Notes: generated by a model not told the origin, from the sequence alone. A DNA stretch of 64,000 bases from Phoronis australis (GCA_002633005.1 NMRA01000115.1:765965-829964); one strand, 5' to 3'. Shown: positions 28,331 through 41,354, counted from the stretch's first letter. Numbers and translations are program-made.

Positions 28331-31092
28331 GTGAGCATAATCACAATGAAGCTACGAAATCCGCTTACTTCACTATACACTATGGCTGCCTCGTGTGTCA
28401 GAAGCTTTGGGGGGTCAGTAATAAGAACGTAAACAATGCTTTGGACAGAGATAGAACAAGCATATTATGGTTTAATTTGATTTTTAGGGGTGTTCAAAGC
28501 ACCTTGCATTAAAATAATTAAACTTTCTATAACTATTAAGGGAAATGCTTTTTTTTCACATTGAAATTTGTTTCTGAAGTCTTCCCCCGAGCTCCAAGGT
28601 AACGCACAGGGAGATAACTCCATTAAAATGATTTGATGCAACAGGTGTTCGGAGCGGCGTCTATCGAGTTTGCAAATAACTAATTAAAGGGAACAGCTTC
28701 CTGAATCATCGAAAACTGAGGCCGCTGTAGGCTACTTTTAGGTGCATAGAATCATTTCTCTTTAAATAGGAGTCGTTTGCATCTTTGACCTATTTCAAAA
28801 CCATTAAGAGTTTGCGTTAGGCATTACTGAGGGACGTCTAGGGAATTTAGCTATTGAGCACATTCGCTATCAGAGAAGGCCAAGTAGCCTACTTGGCCTC
28901 CCATTGTCAAAAACCTGTAGGCCTATATTTCTTGACATTACCTATTGAAACGTGCCGTACAAAAATCCCAATCGTCATGACTATTGCCCCTGGCAAGTAC
29001 ACTTTTTACCCAAACATGTAATTCTTTCGCCAAAAGCAAATGGGTACTAGTGATGGAATTCAGTTGGGCACACTGACCCAAGTAGCCTATGGACCCGTCT
29101 AAATAGCGAAGTGACTCAGCGCCTGAGAGCCGTACCTCAAGCTCACCCCACCGTTGTAAACTACATGACAGGAGGGAGATAAGTGAACCACATATAGAGA
29201 CAATTTCCTGGCTGTTGATCTTAAGATGAATGAGACAGACCCGGACGTCCATGACATTCATTGCAAAAGTAATTTGTGGTAGAATGTTGACGACAAAATC
29301 ATGTAAGTACGCCTTATATGTTACCCAATATATTGAAACATGAGATGGTCAGTTGGACAGCCCATACCTAATCTCGAAAAATCAGGGCGATATGTTTTGG
29401 TCAAATTACACAGTTCATTTTACCGGTCCCTCGACTGGCTACTCGGTAAGTAGATTCACGAGAAAACACAACACTTACCGGTTGCCGTTGTTTTAGAGCA
29501 TAGGCCTAAATTCCGTTTTCAACAAACAAAAAATTAAAATCGACAGGTGTTTTACTAACTTAGGTACTACCAGGCACCTTTTTAAGACGACCAAAAGTTG
29601 GTGTGTTTGGAAGGCGCTCCTGTTCAAGCAAAATTTTTAGACGAAGGCTATTATGGCAGTTTGTGGAAGATTCAGAGCACAACCCTATTAAGTTTGAAGC
29701 TTTTTCTCATGTTGTAAAGGAAATGTCATTATGACTTCACAAAGCACCAGTCTAACTTTCAAACGTCACACAAAACATATTTAGAATGAAAAACTAAGCG
29801 GAGACCGGCTACTGACCAAGTAGGCCTGAGCAGTTTTTATCATACATTGAAATAAATATGAATGTTGTGATTGAGAAGGAATATTGCCCTTAATTGACCT
29901 GAAGCACTATCGTACATGCACTTATTTTATGAAGCGCCAAAAGGTTCTTAAACGGCCTTTCTGTGAGTTGAATTGTGCTGATTCAACGCGTAGTTTTTCT
30001 TAACCAACGCGTACTTTTAGTTCTTAAACGATCAGCATTCTGCTCTTATTCAACGCGTAGTTACGCTTAATCAATAACGCGTAGGTTTGCTTATTCAACG
30101 CGTAGTTTCACTTAAAGCAAAGTTTTGTTTATTCATATTTGAGTTCAGACGCCTACATCGGTGTTTCTCGTAGGCACTTTGTGTGGCTATGCTTCGTACT
30201 GGGAATTTACGAAAATAGGCCCAATCAAAGGTACGCCCCGTAGACGTATTTTCGGGTAAGGGTGAGTAGGGCGGGGTGTGAAGGGATGTGTAGGGGTGTG
30301 CAGGGGTGTCTCAGTGTAGACTTGTGACTTGTGTCCCAATGTTAGCCTGGCGTCTTCGAACTCAGTAGCGCTGTGCGTCTTCTAAGTGGTCCCCGTGGGG
30401 GTCACTTAGTCACTCAATCTAACATCAAAGGCTTATTCACACATCGGGGTCTAGTGAACCAATTTTAAAAAGTTTAGGGTCCCTACGTGCAGTGCAGGAG
30501 ATTCGTCGTATCCATGGAGTGCGTGGACATACTAGCCGCATAAGCACTTAATGAGCTCCACACTTCGTCATGGACAGACAACGATTATGCATGTGCTTGA
30601 GGCGGCTACGACAAAAGTCGCGACATCTGACCATTTCCCTTTTGATTTACCGTAAGACCTCGTGCTAGCAGAGTGGGATTGTCTTCGGCTTACATCAACA
30701 AATTGTCCGATATTAGCGTACAGGTATGAGATGACCGTAGAGTGCGAAATTGGTGTGATTATTGATGTAAACTGATAACAAGATTTATGAACTCACGGGA
30801 AAGTCCAGGTCGTTGTCTTTAAGTAATAAAAACAAATAAATTATCTAAACCAAAAGATGCACGTGACTTTTCACAGTCGCGAGGGCAAGGGGGAGGGTTT
30901 CAGCCGTGATGCGCGGGTGGGTGCACATGTGACGCTGGCGAGTATGTTTTGCAGCCCATTTTGGTATCGAAATGGGTATATCAATTAGGGCCAAGTTTTC
31001 GCAAGCTCATTTGGGTATAACATTATTGTCATGTCTGGTGTTATAATATATTGGTCGAATTTTTATCGAAGTATCGATATGTATACTTTAAC

Positions 31093-31364
31093 CATGCGCA
31101 CACCCAGCCTAAAATTAAAATATAAGGGGGCTCGTCGAATTTTTCGGTATGCGGACCTTTTACTGAAAAACACAACGATGACTAAAAAAGGGGCCATTAG
31201 GTTTAGGCCTACGGATTATGTATCGGCGCCGAATTCCTGTGGGCTTTGTGGACTTTTGTCTCGTTTACTCGGACTTTTTGTTTCACGGAGGCGGACCTTT
31301 TTGCCCAAATCGCCAGATTGGGGGGCTCGTTCGAATCCCCCGAGCCCCCCTTGGTGCGCCCATG
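31093..31364. mobile_element. MITE, 5-bp TSD TTAAC
   Basis: CATGCGCACACC...GGTGCGCCCATG flanked by TTAAC on both sides. Confidence 0.65.
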
Positions 31365-32025
31365 TTAACAAAAACCTTTACTATCCCACCGGAGTAGTTT
31401 ACTCAGCTTCTTATGGGCTTTCCAGTGCCTGTAAGTCATTAAGTGGGCCCCTTTTAGTGTCAGGTGTATTGAAACATGTCTATATTTTAAGAGATTTGGC
31501 ATTGATATGGGTGGCTTTTTCACGATTCGGGAATACTGAAATGAGTTTACCTTTTGGCTGCCTCATAGAGGTACACCTCTAGGATAGCCACACATAGCTT
31601 AAAAGCTCAGAGAACAGTTAAATAGGACAACAATGCATTAATAGTAAAACTTCTTAATGTATATCCAACGCAGAAGATCACTAAACAATTGCATAATGAG
31701 AACACAAAAAATAAATTTCCAACAGAGACTGATCGATCACCACATTCTTGATAAATTGTAATACTTAATAATATTGTAAAATTCTCAAACCTCAGTACAC
31801 TTATTTCCCGCTCAATAAAGACAAAAAAAGACATTATCACCTTCATGAATCTGCAATGCAGTCATAGGTGAAAATAGCAATACAGAAATGGTTCAGTCCA
31901 CTTCATTTAGATGACAAAACTTCCTAAAAAGTAACCAGACGTTGTAATACTAACCACGGAGGATATCATGCGCTTGACAAAAAGTCACGTCATTAGGTGG
32001 ATGCTACTATTCCACTCTATCAAGT

Positions 32026-32268
32026 GTAGGCCTACATGCAAGACAATAAACAGTAGGCCTACATGCACGACAATAAACAGTAGGCCTACATGCACGACAA
32101 TAAACAGTGGGCCTACATGCAAGACAATAAACAGTAGGCCTACATGCACGACAATAAACAGTAGGCCTACATGCACGACAATAAACAGTAGGCCTACATG
32201 CAAGACAATAAACAGTAGGCCTACATGCAAGACAATAAACAGTAGGCCTACATGCAAGACAATAAACA
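32026..32268. repeat. Minisatellite, 9 x 27 bp (GTAGGCCTACATGCA(A/C)GACAATAAACA)
   Basis: Head-to-tail units with no spacers. Confidence 0.95.
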
Positions 32269-32896
32269 GTACATCGCAAACGTGGATCAGTTCAATCAAA
32301 ACTTGTAATTCCAAATGGCCACGATCCAACATGAGATCTACTTTTTTAAAACAAATAGAATTGAATAGATAATTTCTAAATTTAATTTTTAAATTCCTAG
32401 AGGAGCACCAATATGTCCACCACAGTTGAATATCACAGAACTTGTTCAGCGTAGAATGATTAATAGAGAAAAGCAGTAGAACAGAAGGTTGTATTTTTCG
32501 AAATGTTCCTATTTTATCGACAGTTTTCGACTGAACCATTCCTTGGCTCTAAGTAACGAAAGAAAGGTATCTTTTTATTAAAGTTTCGGCATAATGTCAA
32601 AAGTTATGGGCACGAACTTTCGTTTATGGACTGGAAATGGAATGTTATAGCTAGACCGTACAAAAAAACGAAAAGGTTATTTTATATACATGAGTAAATT
32701 TACTCTTTTTAACAATAGCGAGAAAATGCTCTTGCAAAAACCGGGAACTAAATTTCATTACCAAAGTAAAAAGTCTGTAGTCAAACATTATGGATGGATG
32801 TAAACTAACGAACTAATGTAGCCGGATTTTAAGAAGGAAATGAGAATAGAAACTTGTTGCCAACAACCTTCAGAGACCTCTTGTGGCGCCTAAAAA

Positions 32897-32998
32897 TCAT
32901 ACAATCTCGACAGCGGCATTATCAAATTGCACCGTTGGGCTAAGAGGCGTTTCCTCTGGTCGTGGTGGTCGTATGTTTGGTTTTACTTCTCTGACAAC
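32897..32998 (-). CDS. PLPP copy A, terminal exon 6 (VVREVKPNIRPPRPEETPLSP...VEIV*)
   Basis: TTTTCCAG acceptor, 33 aa plus TGA, conserved with copy B. Total CDS 852 nt (283 aa). Confidence 0.8.
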   Translation of the reverse strand, partial: VVREVKPNIRPPRPEETPLSPTVQFDNAAVEIV

Positions 32999-33809
32999 CT
33001 GGAAAATGCAATGAAAGTGCGCTGAAAGGAAAACAAAGTAAACCTTTATACAGCACCAGCTCCAAAGTGTAATCGACTCGTCACATTCATTAACATAACT
33101 GAGGATGACCAGAATACTGCCTAATTAGCACAATTTATAAAACATGGGCAACGCGAATCCTTGATTCCGGATTGGGCTATTCAAAACCCATAGGGGTAAT
33201 TAACAGTTATCTTCTTAAGCGGGACAACAGTTCTTTGATAAGCTGTGTTTACTTGCACAGGCCAACAGTGACAGCTGAATGACTGCGAGCAGGGATCATA
33301 AAAAAACTACTTGCATGTCGATTTTGAATTCCGATTGTGTTTTAACTCATGGTTTACAGCCCACTCTGCGGTCCAACTACTCCCCCAAGTTTCAACAATC
33401 ATCTTGAGCATCCAGATTTTCAACATACCATTAAAGGGTGCAATGCTAGTCAACATAAAATAGCTAGTTCCAGGGGTTGTAAAGCAAGTCAGTCCGCTTT
33501 CCTGAACAGGAACACAGCATTTTGGAGGATAGGGAAGTGGATTAGAACGAACTTAAACAAAACAATAAAAAGGTCAATAGAGGAGCAATATAGGTCAAAT
33601 ACGTCTAAAAAAGGCTTTTGTTGTCGTCTACGTGACTGTAACTTATCTCCTAAATTTTTAAAATAAACATCAGCCAAGGAACATGCCAGATAACTAGGCA
33701 GACCAACACTTGCCATTAGAGAACTCCGCAGTAGTCGCATTTGGTAATGAAAGCGCATACATAATTCATGAAGAGGCACCACGTAACTTGGTAGATAATT
33801 GTACCAGAG

Positions 33810-34992
33810 ACAATAACAGAATTGTCATGGGAGGGTGCCGCAGCAGTGGGACTTGACTGAAAATCCACTTCAGCTATGCCAGTACTTCCCGAAACTGGTT
33901 TTGCAGATAGTGATGCGGACATCAAAAGTTCAAAATTTTTTTAAAATGGTCACAAGGTGGCGTATAAGAATTCAAATCCATTTGGAAATAGGAAGTTGTT
34001 ATCGATTCCCTAATTTGAACCTATCTGCAAATTGCAAGCTACAAAGAAAAACGTAAAATCTAAAATTGCAATTAAGAGGCACGACAGTAGTCAGCTGCGT
34101 CTGAACGTATTCTTCACCCGTTGTAACGTCCACAGAAGTACACTTGATAAATTTCACAAAGATCCTGCAGGAGTTTGGGAGCAACGCCAAAGGACGCTAA
34201 AAAAGCAAAACTGCCAATGAGGAGTGCTATGGTAGCTGAAGGCATCAAAAATCATTGACAGCCTGCTCTTTCCGATAGGAACACATAAACTAAATTGTTT
34301 AACGATCCTTACAATGTTCATCAGATAAAGAGACGGACGTCAAAAACTCGAAAATAATCATGGCGTATATCACGTGAAACCCATCTGAAAACAGGAAGGT
34401 GTTATTGCCTCTAAAAAAGAAATTTATTTTCCAAATCTTATAAAAAATCGTTCATGGAACTACAAAGTTAAAATGGCCACTAGAGGTTACAGCTATACTC
34501 CGATTCGCCCGAATGTCTTTCTCATCCGTTGTCACCTTCATAGAAACACACTTGCCAAATATAACAATCCTAAATGAGGTTTAAAATATACATTCATGGG
34601 CATAAAAATTGCCATTAGGAGGTGTCACGATAGTCGTAGCTGTCCATCGCCAGCTCTCCTCTTCCCAGTAAGAACACATAGGCTAATTTTCATAATAATT
34701 TCTTAGAAGGAGTGGTTCCTCATACATAGGTGGACGACAAAAGCAGTCAAAATATTAAAAATGGTCACTAGGTGGCGCAAAATACGTCAAATACATCAGA
34801 AAATGAGAAGATAACATCATCTTCCTAAAAGGTACTTGTTTTCCAAATTTCATAAAAATCCGTTGAGAATCTCCAAATATACAGAGGCAAATTAGGGGCA
34901 CATCGGTAGTCGAGTCCGTTAAAAAATTCGCTCATGGCGTCCTATCAAGAAAAGAACACAGCTGTAAAGTTAGATGAACAGCCACCTAGGGG
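33810..34992 (-). mobile_element. Truncated paralogous HINE-like element
   Basis: Collinear with 52800-54197; the hairpin end is missing. Confidence 0.5.
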
Positions 34993-35013
34993 TTTCGCAG
35001 CAATGGTTCAATG

Positions 35014-36115
35014 CAGTGGCGTGTACCTAGCGTGGGTTACTCCCGGGGCGAAGATTCCATGGTGCCACCCTTCACCCACCCAATCACCCACTCAGTCCCG
35101 CCGTTGTTTAAGAACTTGGAAAATCATGAAGCGTTAAACAAATAATGCGCATTTATTTTGGTTTAAACTGGAAACTCCGAATGTATATATACAATTTACA
35201 AGACTCTCAATATACTATAGCTGATCAGCAAAACAGATTTGTACACACAAGCAAGCTTTGAGGCCTGCAGACACCAGTACATACATGCACGTGAGCACAA
35301 TGAAGCCAAAGTTCTATACCAGAGTTTTCTGCATAAAATCCCATGGCCCATGTTCCGGCAAAAAAATCGGTTTAGCGGTTCAGGGACCAAAAGTCAAAAT
35401 AAAAATGAACGTCTCGAAATCTGCTAAAGGGGCAAGCGTAACTTACGCTTTTAGCAAATTACACAGCATTTGTGGGAAAAGACCACCCACCAAAGAGTAT
35501 AATAATGTCCTTTCTGTGACACAGGAAAATGAGTTTTTGGTTGATTCCTGCCTTTAACTTGGAAGATTGATGCCAATGATGCATTAGCATGTGACAGAAC
35601 GGCGATCGGTGGAAATCATCAAAACAAGGTTTAGCATCCTCTTAATCTTTTGATTTGTATGTACTCTTGGGTATAATTAACTGCGCGAGGTACATCACCC
35701 AGAAGTATAAGTAGCATAAGAAGGTGAGTTCACTGAAGACATTCTCCAGAACCTCTTGTGTCAATATTCTCTTCTGGATCACACCGGATTTCTAGAGCTT
35801 CACGAAGCTCATCATAATTGTCCATGACCACTTTAACAGCAAACCAAAGAGCACTCCAAACCTGTGCGCCACATCCATCACTAATACTTGTTGCCCGACC
35901 CGGTGTGCTTTTAATAAATGTTGGTACCACCTGAGCGCAAGATCCACGGGTGATTTCAAGGATGGCGCCCAATGAATTAGAACTATTTCCGTAGTCAGGG
36001 TGAGATTTCCTGTCATTTTTAGTAGTTGAAAAAATCGTAATAGTTAGGGTATCACCCTTAAAAGGGTGTCATCCGGGGCGGTTCGTACAGTTATCCCACC
36101 TTAGGCACGCCAATG
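35014..36115 (-). mobile_element. Degenerate hAT-like element with 8-bp TSD (GTTCAATG/GTTCAACG)
   Basis: CAGTGGCG...CGCCAATG termini; internal transposase-like relic (W..AVK...DNYDELREALE). Confidence 0.75.
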
Positions 36116-36228
36116 GTTCAACGGCTTAGAGAGACGACTTAAGTTGAAAACGTTGATGATATCTTTATATTTAACCAAAGCGCAGGTCAGTTTCGTAGGT
36201 TCTAAAGCTAACAGTTGAACAGACTTAA

Positions 36229-37558
36229 AGGGGAAGGCAACCTTTTTTCATGTCACTTTTAGCAAAAATAAGGTTCGTTGATTATCCCAGACACATTTTC
36301 ATTTAATTACAGCTTTTCGTAATTTGATTAATTTCTCGTCCTCTACTCCGGAAGTGACGTTTTGGGAGGCAAGAGTTTCGCGCCAATTTCTCTTCATTAT
36401 AGTCTGACTGTAGGAGTTGTCGAGTGAGTCATCGTTCTACCTCGTTTGTGATAAGTTCGGTCATCGTTTGCTTTTGTTTACAAGTCAGTCAACATGCCAC
36501 GCTGTTGCTGCGTGCCGGGATGTACTCATTAGGCCTATCGTCTCACACGCGCTTTGGGTACCTTGCGTCGCTTTCCGAAGGATGACACACTTCGCTGTAC
36601 TTGGCTAGCTCGTTCATGTGAAGAACGCAGCGCTACCCGTCCACGCAACGTACAAAGCAATGGAGGGTTACCGAGTGTGTGGCAAGCATTTTCTGCCGTG
36701 AGATTATGACAGATATGATGAAGGTCCCTGCGAAACAACGCCTGAAGAAGAGTACCATACCGTAGCTGTTGATTCCCGGCAGTGCCCGTCTCCAACCCCG
36801 AGAAGTGCGTTTTTGAAGCGAGAAGCCTCGCGAGCTGTGGCCACTATACACAGTGACTGGAGGTACTTCATCTACTGTTACCCGTGCCTCCGAACGTACC
36901 CCCATTGCTTGCAATTCCGGGAACTAGCAGTAATTCGCCCTGTGCTGTTGTCTCTAGCCCAGAGCCTGTAAGCAGCCCTGCAGCGATGTTGAGTAGTGGG
37001 AGTGAATACAGGCCCAGTTCGACACCCAGTGAAGAGGGCAGTTCGTCATCCAATGAACAGATCAGTGAGCCTAAGTTTGATAAGTTTATTGTGGACTTGT
37101 ATTGGAGCTATTTGGAAGGTGCCAGGTGTGTGGCGCGGGAGTCACACGGCGGGATGTAAGCAGTTTGGGTGCTCAGATCACCCTCCAGTGGGAGTGTGTC
37201 GCGGGACACTCGGGCAAGTGGGACAGTTCTTCCTCTGTACGTGAGACGATAATGAGTACACCCCAGTACACAGCAACAGCGTGGCATGTTGACTGACTCG
37301 TATGCAAAAGCAAACGACGACCGAACTTATCACAACCGAGGTAGAACAATGAGTGACTGGACTGCTCTCACAGTCAGACTACATGTATATGAAAAGAAAT
37401 TGGCGCGAAATTCTTGCCTCCCAAAACGTCACTTCCGGAGTAGACGACGAGTAGTTAATTAAATTACGAAAAGCAGTAAATATGTGAAAAATATGTCTGG
37501 GATAATCAACGAACCTTATTTTTGCTAAAAATGACATGCAAAAAGGTTGCCTTCGCCT
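36229..37558 (+). mobile_element. Non-autonomous Kolobok-like DNA transposon (THAP and zinc-finger relic), TTAA TSD, about 310-bp TIRs
   Basis: TTAA|AGGGGAAGGCAACC...GGTTGCCTTCGCCT|TTAA. The paralogous site near 60890 is empty. Internal degraded MPRCCCVPGC...RFP...W...CGKHF (THAP) and KFIV...LF.RC..C...C..GH...W.S. Confidence 0.85.
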
Positions 37559-37596
37559 TTAAGAACTGGGCAGATTTATACAATAAAAATACGCAC

Positions 37597-37773
37597 CAAC
37601 CATATGGAAACGAGTGCCCCTGTCGCAAGCCCAGCGAAGACATCGCTCCAGTGATGAACGTGGTCAGATATACGAGTGAGTCCAATGAAGAAGGCCACAC
37701 ACAGAAATGAAACCTGAAGTAGAGGCTTGAGAAGGCGGGAAAATGGAAATAGCCACGTCTGCTCCCCATAAAG
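37597..37773 (-). CDS. PLPP copy A, exon 5 (C3 motif TRISDHVHHWSDVFAG)
   Basis: (S/T)RxxxxxHxxxD motif; 59 codons. Confidence 0.94.
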
Positions 37774-39757
37774 CTGGAAATTCAAAGTCTTATTTAATCG
37801 TATACACAACAAAATGAAGAATTCAATATGGCTACTGTTTAAAGGAGCAACAAAACAGCGTTTTGTCGAATAAACTGACTTTTGATACAGCCTACGGGTA
37901 CAACCGTTCCTTACTCAGACGAGAAGTGATTTTACAAACAAATGAGATTTCGTCATTGCTCGACACCATGATCAGTGAATAAAATGACATACCGTGAGAA
38001 GTCATTTTGAAAATTCAATTACATGCAACAACGAGCCGTCAGTTATTTGCAAGCCCAGAAATCAAGCCTATGTTTACTAAGGAACACTTTGAAACCAATT
38101 TCATAACGATAAACGGTCTAAAGGAGAACATTATTTATCGAATCGTATATACAGCACGAATGAAGAATTCAATATCAATACTGCTGCTTAAAGCTGCAAC
38201 AAACCCGCGCCCAGTCGATACAGACTTCTTGTACCACTTATTCTGATGAGAAGTTATTTTTGGTCTTGTACAGAATTGAGGGTGTGTCATACTACGCGAA
38301 TGTATCGAATGTATCGGTAGAATTCAACTTTAAATGAAGAGTCTTGTCTAAAGCAATGATGAGCTGTCAGTTCTCTCCAAGACCGGAAATCCACCCATGT
38401 TAGACAATTTAAGACACCGCTTTCATTACAATTGGTGCTTGTTAACATAAGGGAGTTTATAGCTATTTTGGATCGGAAGTAGAAAAGAATCCCTGCAAAG
38501 ATCATTAGGACAAAATTGAATATCACAAGGTTTCTAGAAAAATCAAACTCAGTAAAATCAACGCAGAATTCCGATGGACATTTCATTTGTTATTACGATA
38601 TTAATTTTTCTTGTCTAAAATGCCAGTATAAATATTTCATGTAAGCATATTCTGAAATAGACGGAGGATATTCATTAAAATACGAATACATTTCTTCGTG
38701 GGCTCACTTGAGTAATCCTTATAAGAAGGAAGATGGGACATCTGGGTAGAGTTCGATAACTCTTAGACCTCTCTAGACTAAAAGTAAGCCTTCACGAGAT
38801 TGTACGAGATATTGCCGTGCATTTTTAATGACAGCACGTGATTTTAACAAGATTTTCTTGCCGCAGTATAGCTGTTGGTGACAAAGTAAACCAGTAGCTT
38901 AAAAGAGCGTTCACGTGTTTGTTCTACCTGCTGTCATACGAGTAATTAGTGCAATGTGCAAGATGCTCATATTGTGATCAATCACGTGTTCGCAATGGAT
39001 AAAGAGAGTGTAAGGAATCTATCCGTCCTTACTTGCCAACCGTCCAGCTCTTTGAATTATTGTCCGCGTCCTGCACAGTATCAGAATGTCCCACTTTTTG
39101 GCACACACATATTTTCGTATACTTCTGTGCTTTTCCAAACGACTTATCCCTAGTTCACCATTACATTTTTAAAAGAGACACCACTAAAGAAGGAAAACGT
39201 TGTCGGGATGTTGTCTAGGTGTAGTACACTGACCCCAGCGGCAAAGCCTAGATCCACTACAGAATTCCGCGGACACAAGTACAATGAAATCAGGGCTGAG
39301 TTGCATAAAGTTTCAAAAGTTATCCGCTGGATAAGTTTGGTGCATTACGTCAGGTGCATTGATCAAAAACAACAACGTGGCGCGTGATAATGCGACGTCA
39401 TTGTAGCTATGCGGCGTATAATTTTTATGCAGCTGGGCTCAGGTGCATTTTCATTTCATGGCAATATCTCGCGCAGTCGCATCTATGTTCTTCCCACTGG
39501 GCGGTGCAGAGGCAGATCTGCTGTAGATGGACGATAAGAAAGCAGATGAGACGATTGACAAGCGTTCACATGTGATTTTTTCCGGTTGGCAAATCAGACT
39601 GCAGAACCACCACGCAGATCTACATTCAGTGTTTGCAACTTGAGCAATACTGATCACATGTACATGAGATCCTTAGCATTAATGGTTAGTGGAATAAATG
39701 CAATACTTGTTTTTTGTAATGTAGACTATAATCACTTCAATAGTCACATGAACTTAC

Positions 39758-39887
39758 GACAATAAAAACAGCCGAGGAGGCAGCGGTAGCAGCGTGGCCG
39801 GACATGAACGACTGGCGAATATTTACAGACTGAAACCTGCTCAGGTTTTTATTGGTGCATACAACATCGGAAATGAACATCGGCACC
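39758..39887 (-). CDS. PLPP copy A, exon 4 (C2 motif RQSFMSGHAA)
   Basis: SFxSGH motif; phase 2 in, phase 0 out. Confidence 0.93.
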
Positions 39888-41139
39888 CTGAAAAGAGAGA
39901 CGAACGTTATTTCTGGTATTTTCCACCAGTTTTTGCCTTGGAAGGGCGATATTGTTATATTTCAAGGGAGAGCCTTCCATTTGCGCAAGTAGTCAGCACA
40001 CTTGTCTTCCATAAATTTTACACGTTTTCAGCTCAACAGCAATTATCTTCGACCAAACTGAAACAATAAAAACGAAGATGTATTCTGATTATAATAATAA
40101 TAACAACAAAAATAATAACACAAATGACAACAACGAAAACAACAACAACAACAATACAACAATAGCAATAGCATTGCCAGTAGTAACAGTAACTTTAATG
40201 ATACTTACGAGTTATAAATCTAGTCTACTTATCCATATCATATACATTTTAATTTACGTCAATTTCACTTTTAAGATGTGAACAGTAATGCTAATTCTTT
40301 GCATACTGTTTTTCACCCCCTTACACCAAAAGCGGACAATTTTCTAGTTTCAGGACATATTTGATTGCATTCAATACAAAATAACCTTAAGTTAAATCAC
40401 TAGCTTTTTGTTCAGACTTTGTTCATGCCTTGTGTATTAGACTAATTCTTTAATTTAACATTTTTTTTCCAAAAATCTGACAGGCAGTAACAAAAACATA
40501 CCAATATCACAACATAAAATTGTACAGTTTACTACTTGTTATAAGACCAATTTGAACAGATATATTTTCGTAATTATGCATTTTATTTTACACAATGACG
40601 ATTGGCGATTTTCATTTTCCATTTTGATTCTGGTATTCATATTTGAACATACATGTATGCCGACGTCAGCACAGGAATAATAAATCACTTGATGACCTCA
40701 AATTGACCTCAACTTGTTCCTTCGTAAGAGCACTCACTTCTGAGTTCGCAAAGAACTAACAGTTCGTGCCCCCTTTGAGACCATGCTCGGTGCATAAGAT
40801 GGCACGCCGTTACAAACCAACTTGTCAAGCAAAAACGAACTGTCGGTTCTCTTGGCTCTGAAATCACCTCCAGTTGGACACGGGTATAATTTTTTACCAC
40901 TTTCACAACGGCAAGTAATCCTAATCAAAAGCTTTAAAATATTTTTGCTGATAAATTGAACAAAAATTAATGTAATGGGTGTCAATGATATGCTTGTAAT
41001 GGAGTGAAAACTTACCAAGAACGTGGCTTCCATGTCAACAAAACCAACATGCTTCAGAACCACTAATCAGTTCCGACGTATCTTTATCATTGAAAAACCA
41101 CCACCCTTCCTTTGAATAAACATCTGCATGACTACTTAC

Positions 41140-41354
41140 CGCTGAGAACAATTTATCTTTGACCAGTCGGGTTTGCAGTGGGCGATGAAGTTAGGCCTTG
41201 GATGTCCAATTGTTGTCTTGGAAATGAACACAATCACAAATGTGACGGCAAGAGCAAACAGTAGAAACATGACCAGGCGACAAAACTCCAACAGTGACTT
41301 CGACACAGTACGTGTTCTCCGTAATTTTCCATTGAGAGCTTCAGTAAGAAGAAT
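41140..41354 (-). CDS. PLPP copy A, exon 3 (C1 motif KTTIGHPRPNFIAHCKPDW)
   Basis: Phosphatase motif 1, KxxxxxxRP; CAG/GTAAG. Confidence 0.93.

Noticed and set aside
31031-31582. 183-aa plus-strand ORF
   Set aside because: It spans a MITE and has no recognisable domain or splice context.
31968-32539. Repetitive ORFs (RPTCKTINS, CRPTVYC, HVGLLFIV) and a CRISPR-like appearance
   Set aside because: These are translations of a 27-bp minisatellite. There are no unique spacers or cas genes, and the context is eukaryotic.
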